From Chiloscyllium plagiosum (taxonomy: Eukaryota): 58,751 nucleotides of DNA. Where the stretch lies: positions 5,595,985 to 5,654,735 of the forward strand of contig NC_057718.1 of assembly GCF_004010195.1 (NCBI RefSeq), in the 5' to 3' direction. Under the pieces are notes generated by a model. That model made no database searches and was not told where the DNA came from. It saw only the letters and a list, made by a program, of their open reading frames with translations. Position 1 is the first letter of the stretch; each line of letters opens with the position of its first letter. The translations under genes and the position numbers were made by a program. Shown piece after piece: positions 48,308 to 58,751 of the stretch.

Positions 48308-48419
48308 TAATGGATCCATGAGCAACGATGTATTCTGAGTAAGAGTAAATGTATTAATGTGCAAAGTTGTGTTTATAATCTGTGTTTGTATTGTGACAGA
48401 ATATTTATGGTGAGTGAGG

Positions 48420-48915
48420 CACTGCATGACTGGGACCTCCTTGTTATCACTATGACCTCTTCCTGCTCAACAAACCTCCAAGATCTCTGCATTCTTCCAA
48501 TTCCAGCCTTTCCAGCAGCCACAATGTTAACGATTACTTTGGAGGGGAGGGGGTGATTGGAGGGTGGGTTGAAGAGGAAAGAGGAAAAGATAAAATGATC
48601 CCATGACTTGATTCAAATCTAAATTCCTTTCAGGAATCAAATCTGTGGAAGAGCACTCCTAAATCATTTTCTCAAGCAAGTGAATCTTCAGTTGCCTCAT
48701 CTTTAACGTCCTGAAATTCTGTCCTTAAACTTGCCCATCTCAAATCCCTCCTTCTTTAAGTTGCTTCTTAGAACATCTTTGACTCAGCTTGCGGGTCACC
48801 TGGTCCCCTTATCTTTGGTTGGTGTCATTTTATTTTAATTTAATTTCACAAGCATGTGAAGCACTGTGACTTACTTTATTATATTACAGGTGGTATATGA
48901 ATGCAAGTTGTTGTG
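48420..48915 (+). mobile_element. L2 LINE 3' end, interrupted by a duplicated segment (48558-48672)
   Basis: cctccaagatctctgcattcttccaattccagcc..cttcagttgcc..tgtgaagcac..tatatgaatgcaagttgttgt. Confidence 0.6.
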
Positions 48916-49413
48916 CAGGCAGAGAAGGAACAGGTGTGACAGGGCAAAACTGAGTGTGATCACTGATGGATAAAGCATCAGCTCATGCTGACCCAGTTGG
49001 AATTGATCTCTCCACAGTGATGTACAATGTGTTCCGATAATGATTAGGGCCTCCCTGTGTTTAGCAGCAGACAGGAACTTCAGGGACTGTCAGACCTTGT
49101 TAACATACTGCTGCTACCCATTCAATAGTGCACAACTGAAGGGTAAGTTCGAACTTTGGTGGAATTGATGTGGTGGGGATGGGAAAAGGTGACCTTATAA
49201 TGTTTGCTGGTGGGGTGGTGGTGGGGAGAGTGGAAGGGGAGATGGAGGGTGGGTTGAAGAGAGAATAGGTAATGATAAAGTGATCCCTTTATTTGATTCA
49301 ATCTACATTCTTTTCAAATTCAAATCTGTGGAAGAGCACTCCTAAACCATTTTCTGTGACCTTTTTAAAAAATTCATTCACCGGATGTGGGAGTTACTGG
49401 CTGGGCCAGAATT

Positions 49414-49552
49414 TAGAACATAGAACAATACAGCGCAGAACAGGCCCTTCGGCCCTCAATGTTGCACCGCCCTGTGAACTAATCTAAGCCAATCCCCCTA
49501 CACTATCCCATCATCATCGATGTGACTATTCAAGTATTGTTTAAATCTCCCT
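49414..49552 (-). mobile_element. CR1 3' tail inserted into a second-family SINE
   Basis: tagaacatagaacaatacagcgcagaacaggcccttcggccc; same subfamily as 56182. Confidence 0.8.
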
Positions 49553-49824
49553 CTTGATTCGTTGCCCATCTCTAATTACCCAGAGGACAGTTAAGAGTCA
49601 ACTACATTGCAGTGGGACTGGAGTCATATGAGGCCAGACCGGGTAACGATGGCAGATTTCCTTCCTTAAAGGTTGGGATTTTTAAAACAATTGACAGGAA
49701 GACCATAAGATATCAGAGCTGAATTGGGCCATTTGGCCCGTTGAGTCTGCTCACCCATTCTCAATATGATTCTCAACCCCCATTCTTCTGCCTGCTTCAA
49801 TTAACCCTTGATGTTCTTACTCTG

Positions 49825-51897
49825 GGATACACTTAGTGTCAGAGGTCTGGATGGAGTAGAATTTGTACGAAGCATTCAGGAGAGTTTTCTAGAGCAGTAT
49901 GTCAATAGTCCGACGAGGGAAGGGGCCATATTGGACCTGGTACTGGGGAACGAGCCAGGACAAGTGGTAGAAGTTGCAGTTGGGGATTTCTTTGGGAACA
50001 GTGACCACAATTCTGTAAGTTTTAGAATACTCGTAGATAAAGAAGAGAGTGGTCCTAAGGGAAGAGTACTAAACTGGGCCAAGGCCAATTATATCAAAAT
50101 TAGGCAGGAGCTAGGAAATGTGGATTGGACACAGCTATTTGAAGGGAAGTCCACATTTGAGGTGTGGGAGACTTTCAAATTTAGGTTAACGGCAGTGCAG
50201 GATAGGCATGTCCCGTTGAAGGCAAAGGATAGAAAGGGCAAAATTTGTGAACCGTGGATGACAGGAGAAATTGTACGACTAGCCAAGAGGAAAAGGGAAG
50301 CATCCATAAGGGCTAGGCAGATAAGAACAGAATGGGCCCTGGAGAAATATCGGAAGAGTAGGACAAGTCTTAAACAAGGAATCAAGCNNNNNNNNNNNNN
50401 NNNNNNNNNNNNNNNNNNNNNNNNNNNNNNNNNNNNNNNNNNNNNNNNNNNNNNNNNNNNNNNNNNNNNNNNNNNNNNNNNNNNNNNNNNNNNNNNNNNN
50501 NNNNNNNNNNNNNNNNNNNNNNNNNNNNNNNNNNNNNNNNNNNNNNNNNNNNNNNNNNNNNNNNNNNNNNNNNNNNNNNNNNNNNNNNNNNNNNNNNNNN
50601 NNNNNNNNNNNNNNNNNNNNNNNNNNNNNNNNNNNNNNNNNNNNNNNNNNNNNNNNNNNNNNNNNNNNNNNNNNNNNNNNNNNNNNNNNNNNNNNNNNNN
50701 NNNNNNNNNNNNNNNNNNNNNNNNNNNNNNNNNNNNNNNNNNNNNNNNNNNNNNNNNNNNNNNNNNNNNNNNNNNNNNNNNNNNNNNNNNNNNNNNNNNN
50801 NNNNNNNNNNNNNNNNNNNNNNNNNNNNNNNNNNNNNNNNNNNNNNNNNNNNNNNNNNNNNNNNNNNNNNNNNNNNNNNNNNNNNNNNNNNNNNNNNNNN
50901 NNNNNNNNNNNNNNNNNNNNNNNNNNNNNNNNNNNNNNNNNNNNNNNNNNNNNNNNNNNNNNNNNNNNNNNNNNNNNNNNNNNNNNNNNNNNNNNNNNNN
51001 NNNNNNNNNNNNNNNNNNNNNNNNNNNNNNNNNNNNNNNNNNNNNNNNNNNNNNNNNNNNNNNNNNNNNNNNNNNNNNNNNNNNNNNNNNNNNNNNNNNN
51101 NNNNNNNNNNNNNNNNNNNNNNNNNNNNNNNNNNNNNNNNNNNNNNNNNNNNNNNNNNNNNNNNNNNNNNNNNNNNNNNNNNNNNNNGATCTGGGAGTGC
51201 AGGTCCATTGTACCCTGAAGGTTGCTGCACAGGTGGAGAGAGTGGTCAAGAAGGCATATAGTATGCTTGCTTCATTGGACGGGGTATTGAGTATAAGAGC
51301 TGGCAAGTCATGTTTAAATTGTACAAGACATTGGTTCAGCCGCATTTAAAATACTGAGTATAGTTCTGGTTGCCACATTACCAAAAGGATGTGGACGCTT
51401 TGGAGAGGGTGCAGAGAAAGTTTACGAGGAGATGTTGCCTGGTATGGAAGGTGCTAGCTATGAAGACAGGTTGAGTAGGTTAGGTTTATTTTCATTAGAA
51501 AAAAGGAGATTGAGGGGGGACCTGATTGAGGTTTACAAAATCATGAAGGGTATAGACAGGGTGGATAGAGACGAGCTTTTTCCCAGGGTGAAGGATTCAA
51601 TAACCAGAGGTCATGCTTTCAAGGTGAGAGCTGGAAAGTTTAAGGGGGATACACGCAGCAAGTACTTTACACAGAGGGTGGTGGGCGTCTGGAACACGTT
51701 GCCAGCAGCGGTGGTAGAGGCAGGCACGGTAGATTCATTTAAGATCCGTCTGGACAGATGCACGAGTAGGTGGGGAGCAGAGGGCTACAAATGCTTGGGA
51801 ATTGACCGACAGGTTTAGACTGTACATTAGACGGCTCAGGCTTGGAGGGCCGAAGGGCCTGTTCCTGGGCTGTAAATTTTCTTTTTTCTTTGTTCTT
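49825..51897 (+). mobile_element. CR1 LINE from the APE endonuclease C-terminus to the 3' end (gap 50388-51187)
   Basis: FLEQYVNSPTREGAILDLVLGNEPGQV..GNSDHNSVSF, then RT C-terminal ORF 51432-51818. Confidence 0.93.
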
Positions 51898-52649
51898 TAT
51901 TCATCCAGACCTATCTATTTCTGTCTTCGTGTAGTTTTATGTTTGCTGTTAGCCAGATTTTTATTTCATTGAATTTAAATGTCACCATCTGCCACCGTAG
52001 GACTCAAACCTATGTCACCAGAGCGTTATTCCGGGGGTCCGGATCACTCTGCCAACATCTCCCCCGAGACTCGCTGGTGTTCATTTGGGAAGATGGCATT
52101 TCTTGGCCATCTTTAGAGCTGAGTGGTTGACAGTGCCACTCCTGATGCTAGTTAAGAGTCCATTACCTTTGAAAGGGGCTGGAGTCACATATAGGCCAGA
52201 TCAGGGCAGCAGGTCAACTATTTGGGTTTTAACCTACCAGTCATTTAGAGAGGGTCCAGCTTTTTATTCAAACAGTTCAAACTCTCAAAATGCTCACAGT
52301 GGGTCAGGGATAGTATTCCATGTTCCTGGATTAACAATTGAGGAACATCATCACTAATTGCCTGTGACCTGTATGTCTTCATCTTTAATTCTGTGTGTTT
52401 CTCCAGTTTATTTATCCGAGTTTAATTTGTCCAGTTTCTCAATAAGAGTCAAAGATTTGCTTAAATAAGGCCCATAATTTGACCTCTGCTCTTTTCCCCA
52501 AAATTCCCCAACTCTAATGCTGACAGGATGTTAAGGAGGTGTGTGGAACACTGCTTTTGCAAGCACCCACGCACGAGGGGGTTGTTGTACAGAGTTTAAC
52601 AGCAAGGAACCAACCATCTCTCTCCTCATTGAGCCATTACAGAGATCTG

Positions 52650-52965
52650 TGACAGTCTTTGTGCCTCACAGCTCAAGGGACCTGGATTTGATTCCACCGG
52701 GCTGTGTGAAGTTTGCACGTTCACCCTGTGTCTGCATGGGTTTCCCCTGGCTGCTGCAGTTTCCACCCACAGGTTAAGTGATTGGCCATGCTCAATTGCC
52801 TATAGTGTCCGGGGTTGTGCAGACTAGGCAGATTAGCCATGGTAAATATGGGGTTACGGGGATAGTGTCGGAGGGGTGGTTCTAGGTGAGATGCTCTTCA
52901 GAGGGTCAGTATGGATTCAATGGGCTGAATGGCCTGCTTCCACACTGCAGGGATTTTATGACTTT
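52650..52965 (+). mobile_element. Degenerate HE1-type SINE
   Basis: gcctcacagctcaagggacctggatttgattcc; tgtgtgaagtttgcacgttc; tail gggctgaatggcctgcttcc. Confidence 0.75.
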
Positions 52966-53454
52966 GACAATTTGAAGGCTGATTTGATTGAGATCGAAGG
53001 CTTGAAATGCAGTCACTGTTTCTTCTAGTGGTGAGATCCAGTAACATTGAGCTAGACTGTAAGTGTTTAGGTGAGGAATCACTTTTTCACAGAAAGAGAT
53101 ACTAGAACTTTGGGAGTTGTCCACAAAAGGCCACAGATGGTAGAGGTCCAATAGGAACATAATTGCCATCAGCAAAAGTACAGTTCATAACATAGGGTGC
53201 TAATGTATGAAGGTATTAGGGGATATGGGCTAAAGGCAGGTATTTGGAATTAGGCCACCGATCAGCCATTAAATGGCAGAACAGGTTCAAGGGGCTGAAT
53301 GGCCTATTCCTGTTCCTATATTTTTGGAGAAGGGGTTACTCAGTGACAGTATGACAATTCCAGTAGCATCATAAAAATAATTCTTTTATGGGATGTGGAC
53401 ATCGCTGGCTTGACCAGAATTTATTGCTCATCCCTCATTGCACTGCAGAACAAA

Positions 53455-53972
53455 AAACATAGAACAATACAACTCAGGAACAGGCCCTTCGGCCCTCCAA
53501 GCCTATGCCAACAAATTTTGCCCTTCCATACTAAAACTGTCTTCACTTACAAGGGATCTGTATCCCTCTATTCCCTTCCTCTCTGTTATTCATCTGCTAT
53601 TGTGTCTGCTTCCACTACCACCTCTGGCAACATGTTCCAGGCACTTACCACCCTTTGTGTGAAAAACTTGTCTTGCACATCTCTTTTTAACACCTTCACC
53701 CCCCACCCCCGCACATCTTGAACCTGTGTTTCCCAGTAATTGACCTGTCCACCATGGGAAAAAGCCTCATACTTTCCACTCAATCCTTGCCATTCACAAT
53801 CTTATAAACTTCTATCAGGCCATCCCTCATGCTGTTGCATTCCAGTGAAACTAAACCCAGTCTTTTCAACCTTCCTTCATGGCTAACATCCCCATATCAG
53901 GCAACATTGTGGTAAACCTTTTCTGTACTCTCTCCAAAGCATCTACATCCTTCTGGTCGTGTGGTGACCAGA
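53455..53972 (-). mobile_element. CR1 3' fragment
   Basis: ORF 53586-53783 gives FFTQRVVSAWNMLPEVVVEADT. Confidence 0.8.
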
Positions 53973-54227
53973 ATATAGTATGCATTGAACTATTGCAGTC
54001 CGTGTGGTGTTGGTGCACCCTCAACACTGTGAGGGAGGAGTTTTACGATTTTGATGCCGTTATCATGAAGTTACAGTGATATAGTTCCAATCAGGAAGGT
54101 ACACGACTTGAAAGGAGTAATACACAATAATTCCCAAGGGGTGTACAGCCTTTTATATGCAGCATTGCAAACAGTGACCAAAAAGTAATTCATTTGGGAC
54201 ATTAGAGAATCAGCTAATTCTTTGACA

Positions 54228-54850
54228 TCAGTCAAGGCATTGAATATAGAAGTTGGGAAGTTATGTTGCAGTTGTATAGGACATTGCTGAGGCCGCGCTT
54301 GGAGCATTGTGTTCAGTTTTGGTCACCTTGCGATAGGAAGGATGTAATTAAACTGGAAAGAGTAAAGAAGAAATTTACAAGGATGTTGCCAGGAGTCAAC
54401 GCTCTGAGTCATAGGAAGAGGTTGGACAAGCTAGAATATTTTTCTTTAGAGCATCAGAGACTGAGGGGGGATGTTACAGAAGTGTATAAGATCATGAGAG
54501 GCATAGATAAGGTGAATGCACTCAGTCTTTTTCCCAGGGTTGGGGAATTGAGGACTAGAGGGCATCAGTTTAAGGTTAGAGGGGAAAGAATAAAAGGGAA
54601 CCTGAGGGGCAACATTTTTACACAGAGGGTGGTACACATATGGAATGAGCTGCCAATGGAAGTGGTTGAGGTAAGTACGTTAACAACATTTAAAAGGCAT
54701 TTGGACAAATACATGGATAGGAAAGGATTAGAAGGCTGTGGGCCAAGTGCAGGGAAATGGAGTTAGTGTGGATGGACGTTTGGGTCGGCATGGACCAGTT
54801 TGGGCCAAAGGGCCTTTCTCTATGCTGTAGGACTTTATGACTCTATGACC
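54228..54850 (+). mobile_element. CR1 3' fragment
   Basis: ORF 54263-54766 is CR1 RT C-terminus; tail atgactctatgac. Confidence 0.9.
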
Positions 54851-55144
54851 ATTTGGACTGTCATGCCAGTGGCATCCTGTCCCTTTCTCTCACACCATTG
54901 CCAGTTCTTCATTTTCAGACATTTGCCCATTCCCTTTTAGAAGTTATTATTGGTTGTGCAGCCCTTAGATATTATTGAGTGTCATCCCCTTCTCCTTGTG
55001 CGGAGTGATCATCAGCTAACAATCCTTTCTTATTGGATTAATATATTTATCTCATTCCTCCCACTGTTTTGTTGCTGAACTGAAACTCAGGCCCCTAGTT
55101 ACCAAACCATTAGGGAGAGATTCTTCCTATTTGTTTCATCAAAA

Positions 55145-56181
55145 CAAGGTCATAGAAGACAGAGAGTAGCAGTGCAAGGATGTTTTGTCTGACTAGAGAT
55201 TTGTGATCAGTGGTGTTCTGTACGGATCGGTGCTGGGAACCTTGCTGTTTGTCATATATATAAATAATCTGGAGGAGAATGTAGGTGATCTGATTAGTAC
55301 GATTGCGGATAACACAAAGATTGGGGGAGCTGTGGATAGGATTGCCAGAAGATACAGATAGGCAGCAGACTTGGACGGAGAAATGACAAATGGTGTTAAT
55401 CCATACAAATCCCATAAAATCCCTACAGTGTGGAAGCAGACCATTCGGCCCTTTGAGTTCACACCGACCATCCAAAGAGCACTCCACTCTATCCCTGTAA
55501 CTGCATTTTCCCATAGCTAATCCACCTACCCTCCACCATGGGCAATTTAGCATGGCCAATCCAACTAACCGGCACATCTTTGGACTGTGGGAGGAAACTG
55601 AAAGACCCAAAGGAAACCCGCACAAATACAAGGAGAATGTGCAAACTCCACACAGACACTCACCTGAGGGTGGAATCAAACCAGGTCCCGGTGCTGTGCA
55701 GCAGCGGTGCTGACCACTGTGCTACCATGCTGCCCTGAGGCACAAATGTGAGGTGGTGCATTTTGGAAGGAGTAATGCAGGAGGGAAGTAAATAGCAGAA
55801 CCTTTAGTAGCATCAATATGTAAAGCGATCTAGGCATACAGACTCACATTTCCTTGCAAGTGGCAACACAAGTGGATAAGGTGGTCAAGAAGACATATGG
55901 CTTGCTTGTTTTCATTGGTTGGGGCACAGAGTATAAAACATTAGTTAGGCCACATTTTGAATATTGTCTACACCTGTGTATGCTACATTACCAGAAAGAT
56001 AGGAAGGCTTTGGAGAGGTTAAGCAGGATGTTGTCTGTTTTGGAGGCTATTATGAGGAGGGGTTAGACAAACTTGGTTGGTTTTCACTTGTACATAGGAG
56101 GCTGAGGGGTGACCCGATAGAAGTTTACAAAATTACGAGAGGCGTGGATAGAATGGATAGTCGGAGTCATTTTCCCAGGGT
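55145..56181 (+). mobile_element. Decayed CR1 RT fragment, split by a minus-strand HE1 SINE (55408-55736)
   Basis: agtggtgttctgtacggatcggtgctgggaaccttgctgtttgtc; resumes after the SINE at caaatgtgaggtggtgcattttgg. Confidence 0.8.
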
Positions 56182-58468
56182 AGAATATAGAACAATACAG
56201 CGCAGAACAGGCCCTTCAGCCCTCAATGTTGCGCCGACCTGTGAACTAATCTAAGCCCATCCCCCTTCACTAGCCCATCATCATCCATGTGCTTATCTAA
56301 GGATTGTTTAAATCTCCCTAATGTGGCTGACTTAACTACATTAGCAGGCAGGACATTCCATGCCCTTACCACTCTCTGAGCAAAGAACCTGCCTCTGACA
56401 TCTGTCTTGAATCTATCACCCCTCAATTGGTAGCTATGCCCTTGTACAAGTTGACATCATCATCCTAGAAAAAAGACTTTCATTGTCTACCCTATCTAAT
56501 CCTCTAGTCATCTTGTATTTCTCTATCCCCCCTTAGCCTTCTTTCCAATGAGAACAGACCCAGTCTCTCAACCTTTCCTCATAAGACCTTCCCTCCAGAC
56601 CAGGCAACATTGTGGTAAATCTCCTCTGCACCTTTTTCAATGCTTCCACATCCTTCCTGTAATGGGGTGACCAGAATTGTACACAATATTCCAAGTGTGG
56701 CCGCACCAGCATTTTGTATAGGTGCAGCATGATATTGCGGCTCCGGAACTCAATCCCTCTACGAATGAAGAGATGGAAATGTGTTGCTGGAAAAGCGCAG
56801 CAGGTCAGGCAGCATCCAGGGAACAGGAGAATCGATGTTTCANNNNNNNNNNNNNNNNNNNNNNNNNNNNNNNNNNNNNNNNNNNNNNNNNNNNNNNNNN
56901 NNNNNNNNNNNNNNNNNNNNNNNNNNNNNNNNNNNNNNNNNNNNNNNNNNNNNNNNNNNNNNNNNNNNNNNNNNNNNNNNNNNNNNNNNNNNTTTACTAA
57001 TCCATCCACCTATGCCTGCATCTAAGTCATTTATAAAAATGACAAACAGCAGTGGTCCCAAAACAGATCCTTGTGGCACACCACTATAACCGGACTCCAG
57101 CCTGAATATTTTCCATCAACCACCACTTTCAGAAAGCCAGTTTCTAATCTAAATTGCTAAATCACCCTCAATCCCATTGCCTGTGCATTTTCTCCAAAGC
57201 CTACCATGTGGAACCTTATGAAAGGTCTTACTGAAGTCCATGTATACCACGTCAACTGCCCTACCCTCATCTACATGCTTGGTCACCTTATCAAAAAACT
57301 CTGAGGTTTGTGAGACATGACCTGCCCTTGATGAAACCATGTTGACTATAATCAAATTGTTGCTTGCTAGATTATTATAAATCCTATCTCTTATAATCCT
57401 TTCCAAAATGTTTTCTACAATAGACGTAAGGCTCACTGATCTATAATTATTTGGGTCATCTCTACTTCCCTTCTTGAACAAGGGCACATCATTTGCAATC
57501 CTCCAGTCCTCTGGTACGAAACCTGTAGACAACGATGACTCAAAGATCAAAGCCAAAGGCACCAGCCATGTCCTCCCTAGCTTCCGAGAATCTTCGGATA
57601 AATCCCAGTTGGCCCAGGGACGTGTCTACTTTTACTCCTTCTAGAATTGATAATGCCTCTTCCTTACTAATCTCAAACCTTTCTAATCTAATATCTCATA
57701 TCTCATTATTTTCCTCTACAATATTCTCCTTTCCCTGAGTGAAAAGCGATGAGAAATATTTGTTTAGCACCTCTCCAATCTCCACAGGGTCCACAGACAA
57801 CTTCCCACTTCTGTCCTTGACTGGCCTATTCCTACCCGAGTCAACCTTTTATTCCTCACATATCTACAGAAAACTTTAGGGTTCTCCTTTATTCTACATG
57901 CAAAAGACTGTTCATGTCCTCTCTTTGCTCTTAACTCTCTCTTTAAATCCTTCCTAGCTGCTCTGTACCTCGCCATCGCCTCATCCGAACCATCTCGTCT
58001 CATCGTTACATAAGCCTCCTCCTTCCGCTTAACAAGAGGTGCAATTTCTGTAGTAAACCACAGTTTCCTTACCTTATCACGTCCTCCCTGCCTGACAAGG
58101 ACATACATATCAAGGACACGCAATATCTCTTCCTTAAACCAGCTCCACATTTTGATTGTCCCCATCCCCTGCAATTTGCTACACCATTCTATGCAACCAA
58201 AGTCTTGCCTAATCGCATTATAATTGCCCTTGCCCCATTGATAACTCTTGACCTGTGACACGTACCTATCCCTTTCAATCACTAAACTAAACGTAACTGC
58301 ATTCCCTCTGTCCAAAGTGCTCAGCTACAACTAAATCATTACCAAGCACCAGATCTAGTGTGGCCTCCCCTCTTGTCGGCCCTTCGACATACTGTGTCAG
58401 GAAACCCTCCTGTACACATTGGACAAAAACTGATCCATCCGACGTACTAGAGTTATAGCATTTCCAGT
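56182..58468 (-). mobile_element. Long CR1 LINE (APE C-terminus, RT, 3' end), with a PLE pLTR insertion at ~56775-56842 and gap 56843-56991
   Basis: Minus ORFs: [72 protein letters not shown]. Confidence 0.92.
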
Positions 58469-58751
58469 CATAGAACATAGAACATAGAACAATACAGCAC
58501 AGAACAGGCCCTTCGGCCCACGATGTTGTGTCAAACATTTGTCCTAGCTTAAGCACCCATCCATGTACCTATCCAATTGCAGCTTAAAGGTCACCAATGA
58601 TTCTGACTCTGCCACTCCCACAGGCAGCGCATTCCATGCCCCTACCACTCTCTGGGTAAAGAACCCACCCCTGACATCCCCCCTATACCTTCCACCCTTC
58701 ACCTTAAATTTATGTCCCCTTGTAACACTCTGTTGTACCCGGGGAAAAAGT
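58469..58751 (-). mobile_element. Young CR1 3' end, runs off the window
   Basis: Near-identical reverse complement of 14960-15240. Confidence 0.92.

Noticed and set aside
42948..51897. Apparent segmental duplication between 43600-44320 and 51188-51897
   Set aside because: Similarity is confined to CR1 sequence and stops at the tail; these are two copies of one subfamily.
1..58751. Prokaryote-type systems (CRISPR, retron or DGR suggested by RT plus repeats)
   Set aside because: All RT fragments are CR1-group or Penelope type. There are no regularly spaced repeat-spacer arrays and no operon structure.

Overview
Eukaryotic, repeat-dominated vertebrate DNA with four N gaps. The repeat set points to a cartilaginous fish (shark): HE1/V-SINEs sharing a 3' tail with CR1 (HER1-type) LINEs, Deu-domain (SacSINE/AmnSINE-like) SINEs, and Penelope-like elements (PLEs); the taxon is my inference from remembered family features, not a database result. 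Nearly all ORFs in the track are fragments of decayed LINE/PLE reading frames, SINE antisense artefacts or read-through of N gaps. No intact transposon, RNA gene or CRISPR array is present. The window most plausibly covers the last introns and 3' end of an unidentified + strand host gene: a weak 55-nt exon (6430-6484), a 39/36-nt NAGNAG micro-exon (22355-22393) and a phase-compatible terminal exon (46286-46367, ending ...EINPPNSWACT*), with tandem AATAAA near 48300. The most interesting structure is a set of short PLE-derived insertions, mostly fold-backs. They carry minimal hammerhead-ribozyme motifs, have 13-15 bp (once 114 bp) flanking duplications, and share one breakpoint at the ribozyme edge. 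One of them abuts a ~197-bp-arm inverted duplication of apparently unique DNA. Hammerheads in PLEs are established; whether these mini-palindromes form an independently mobilised non-autonomous family is open.
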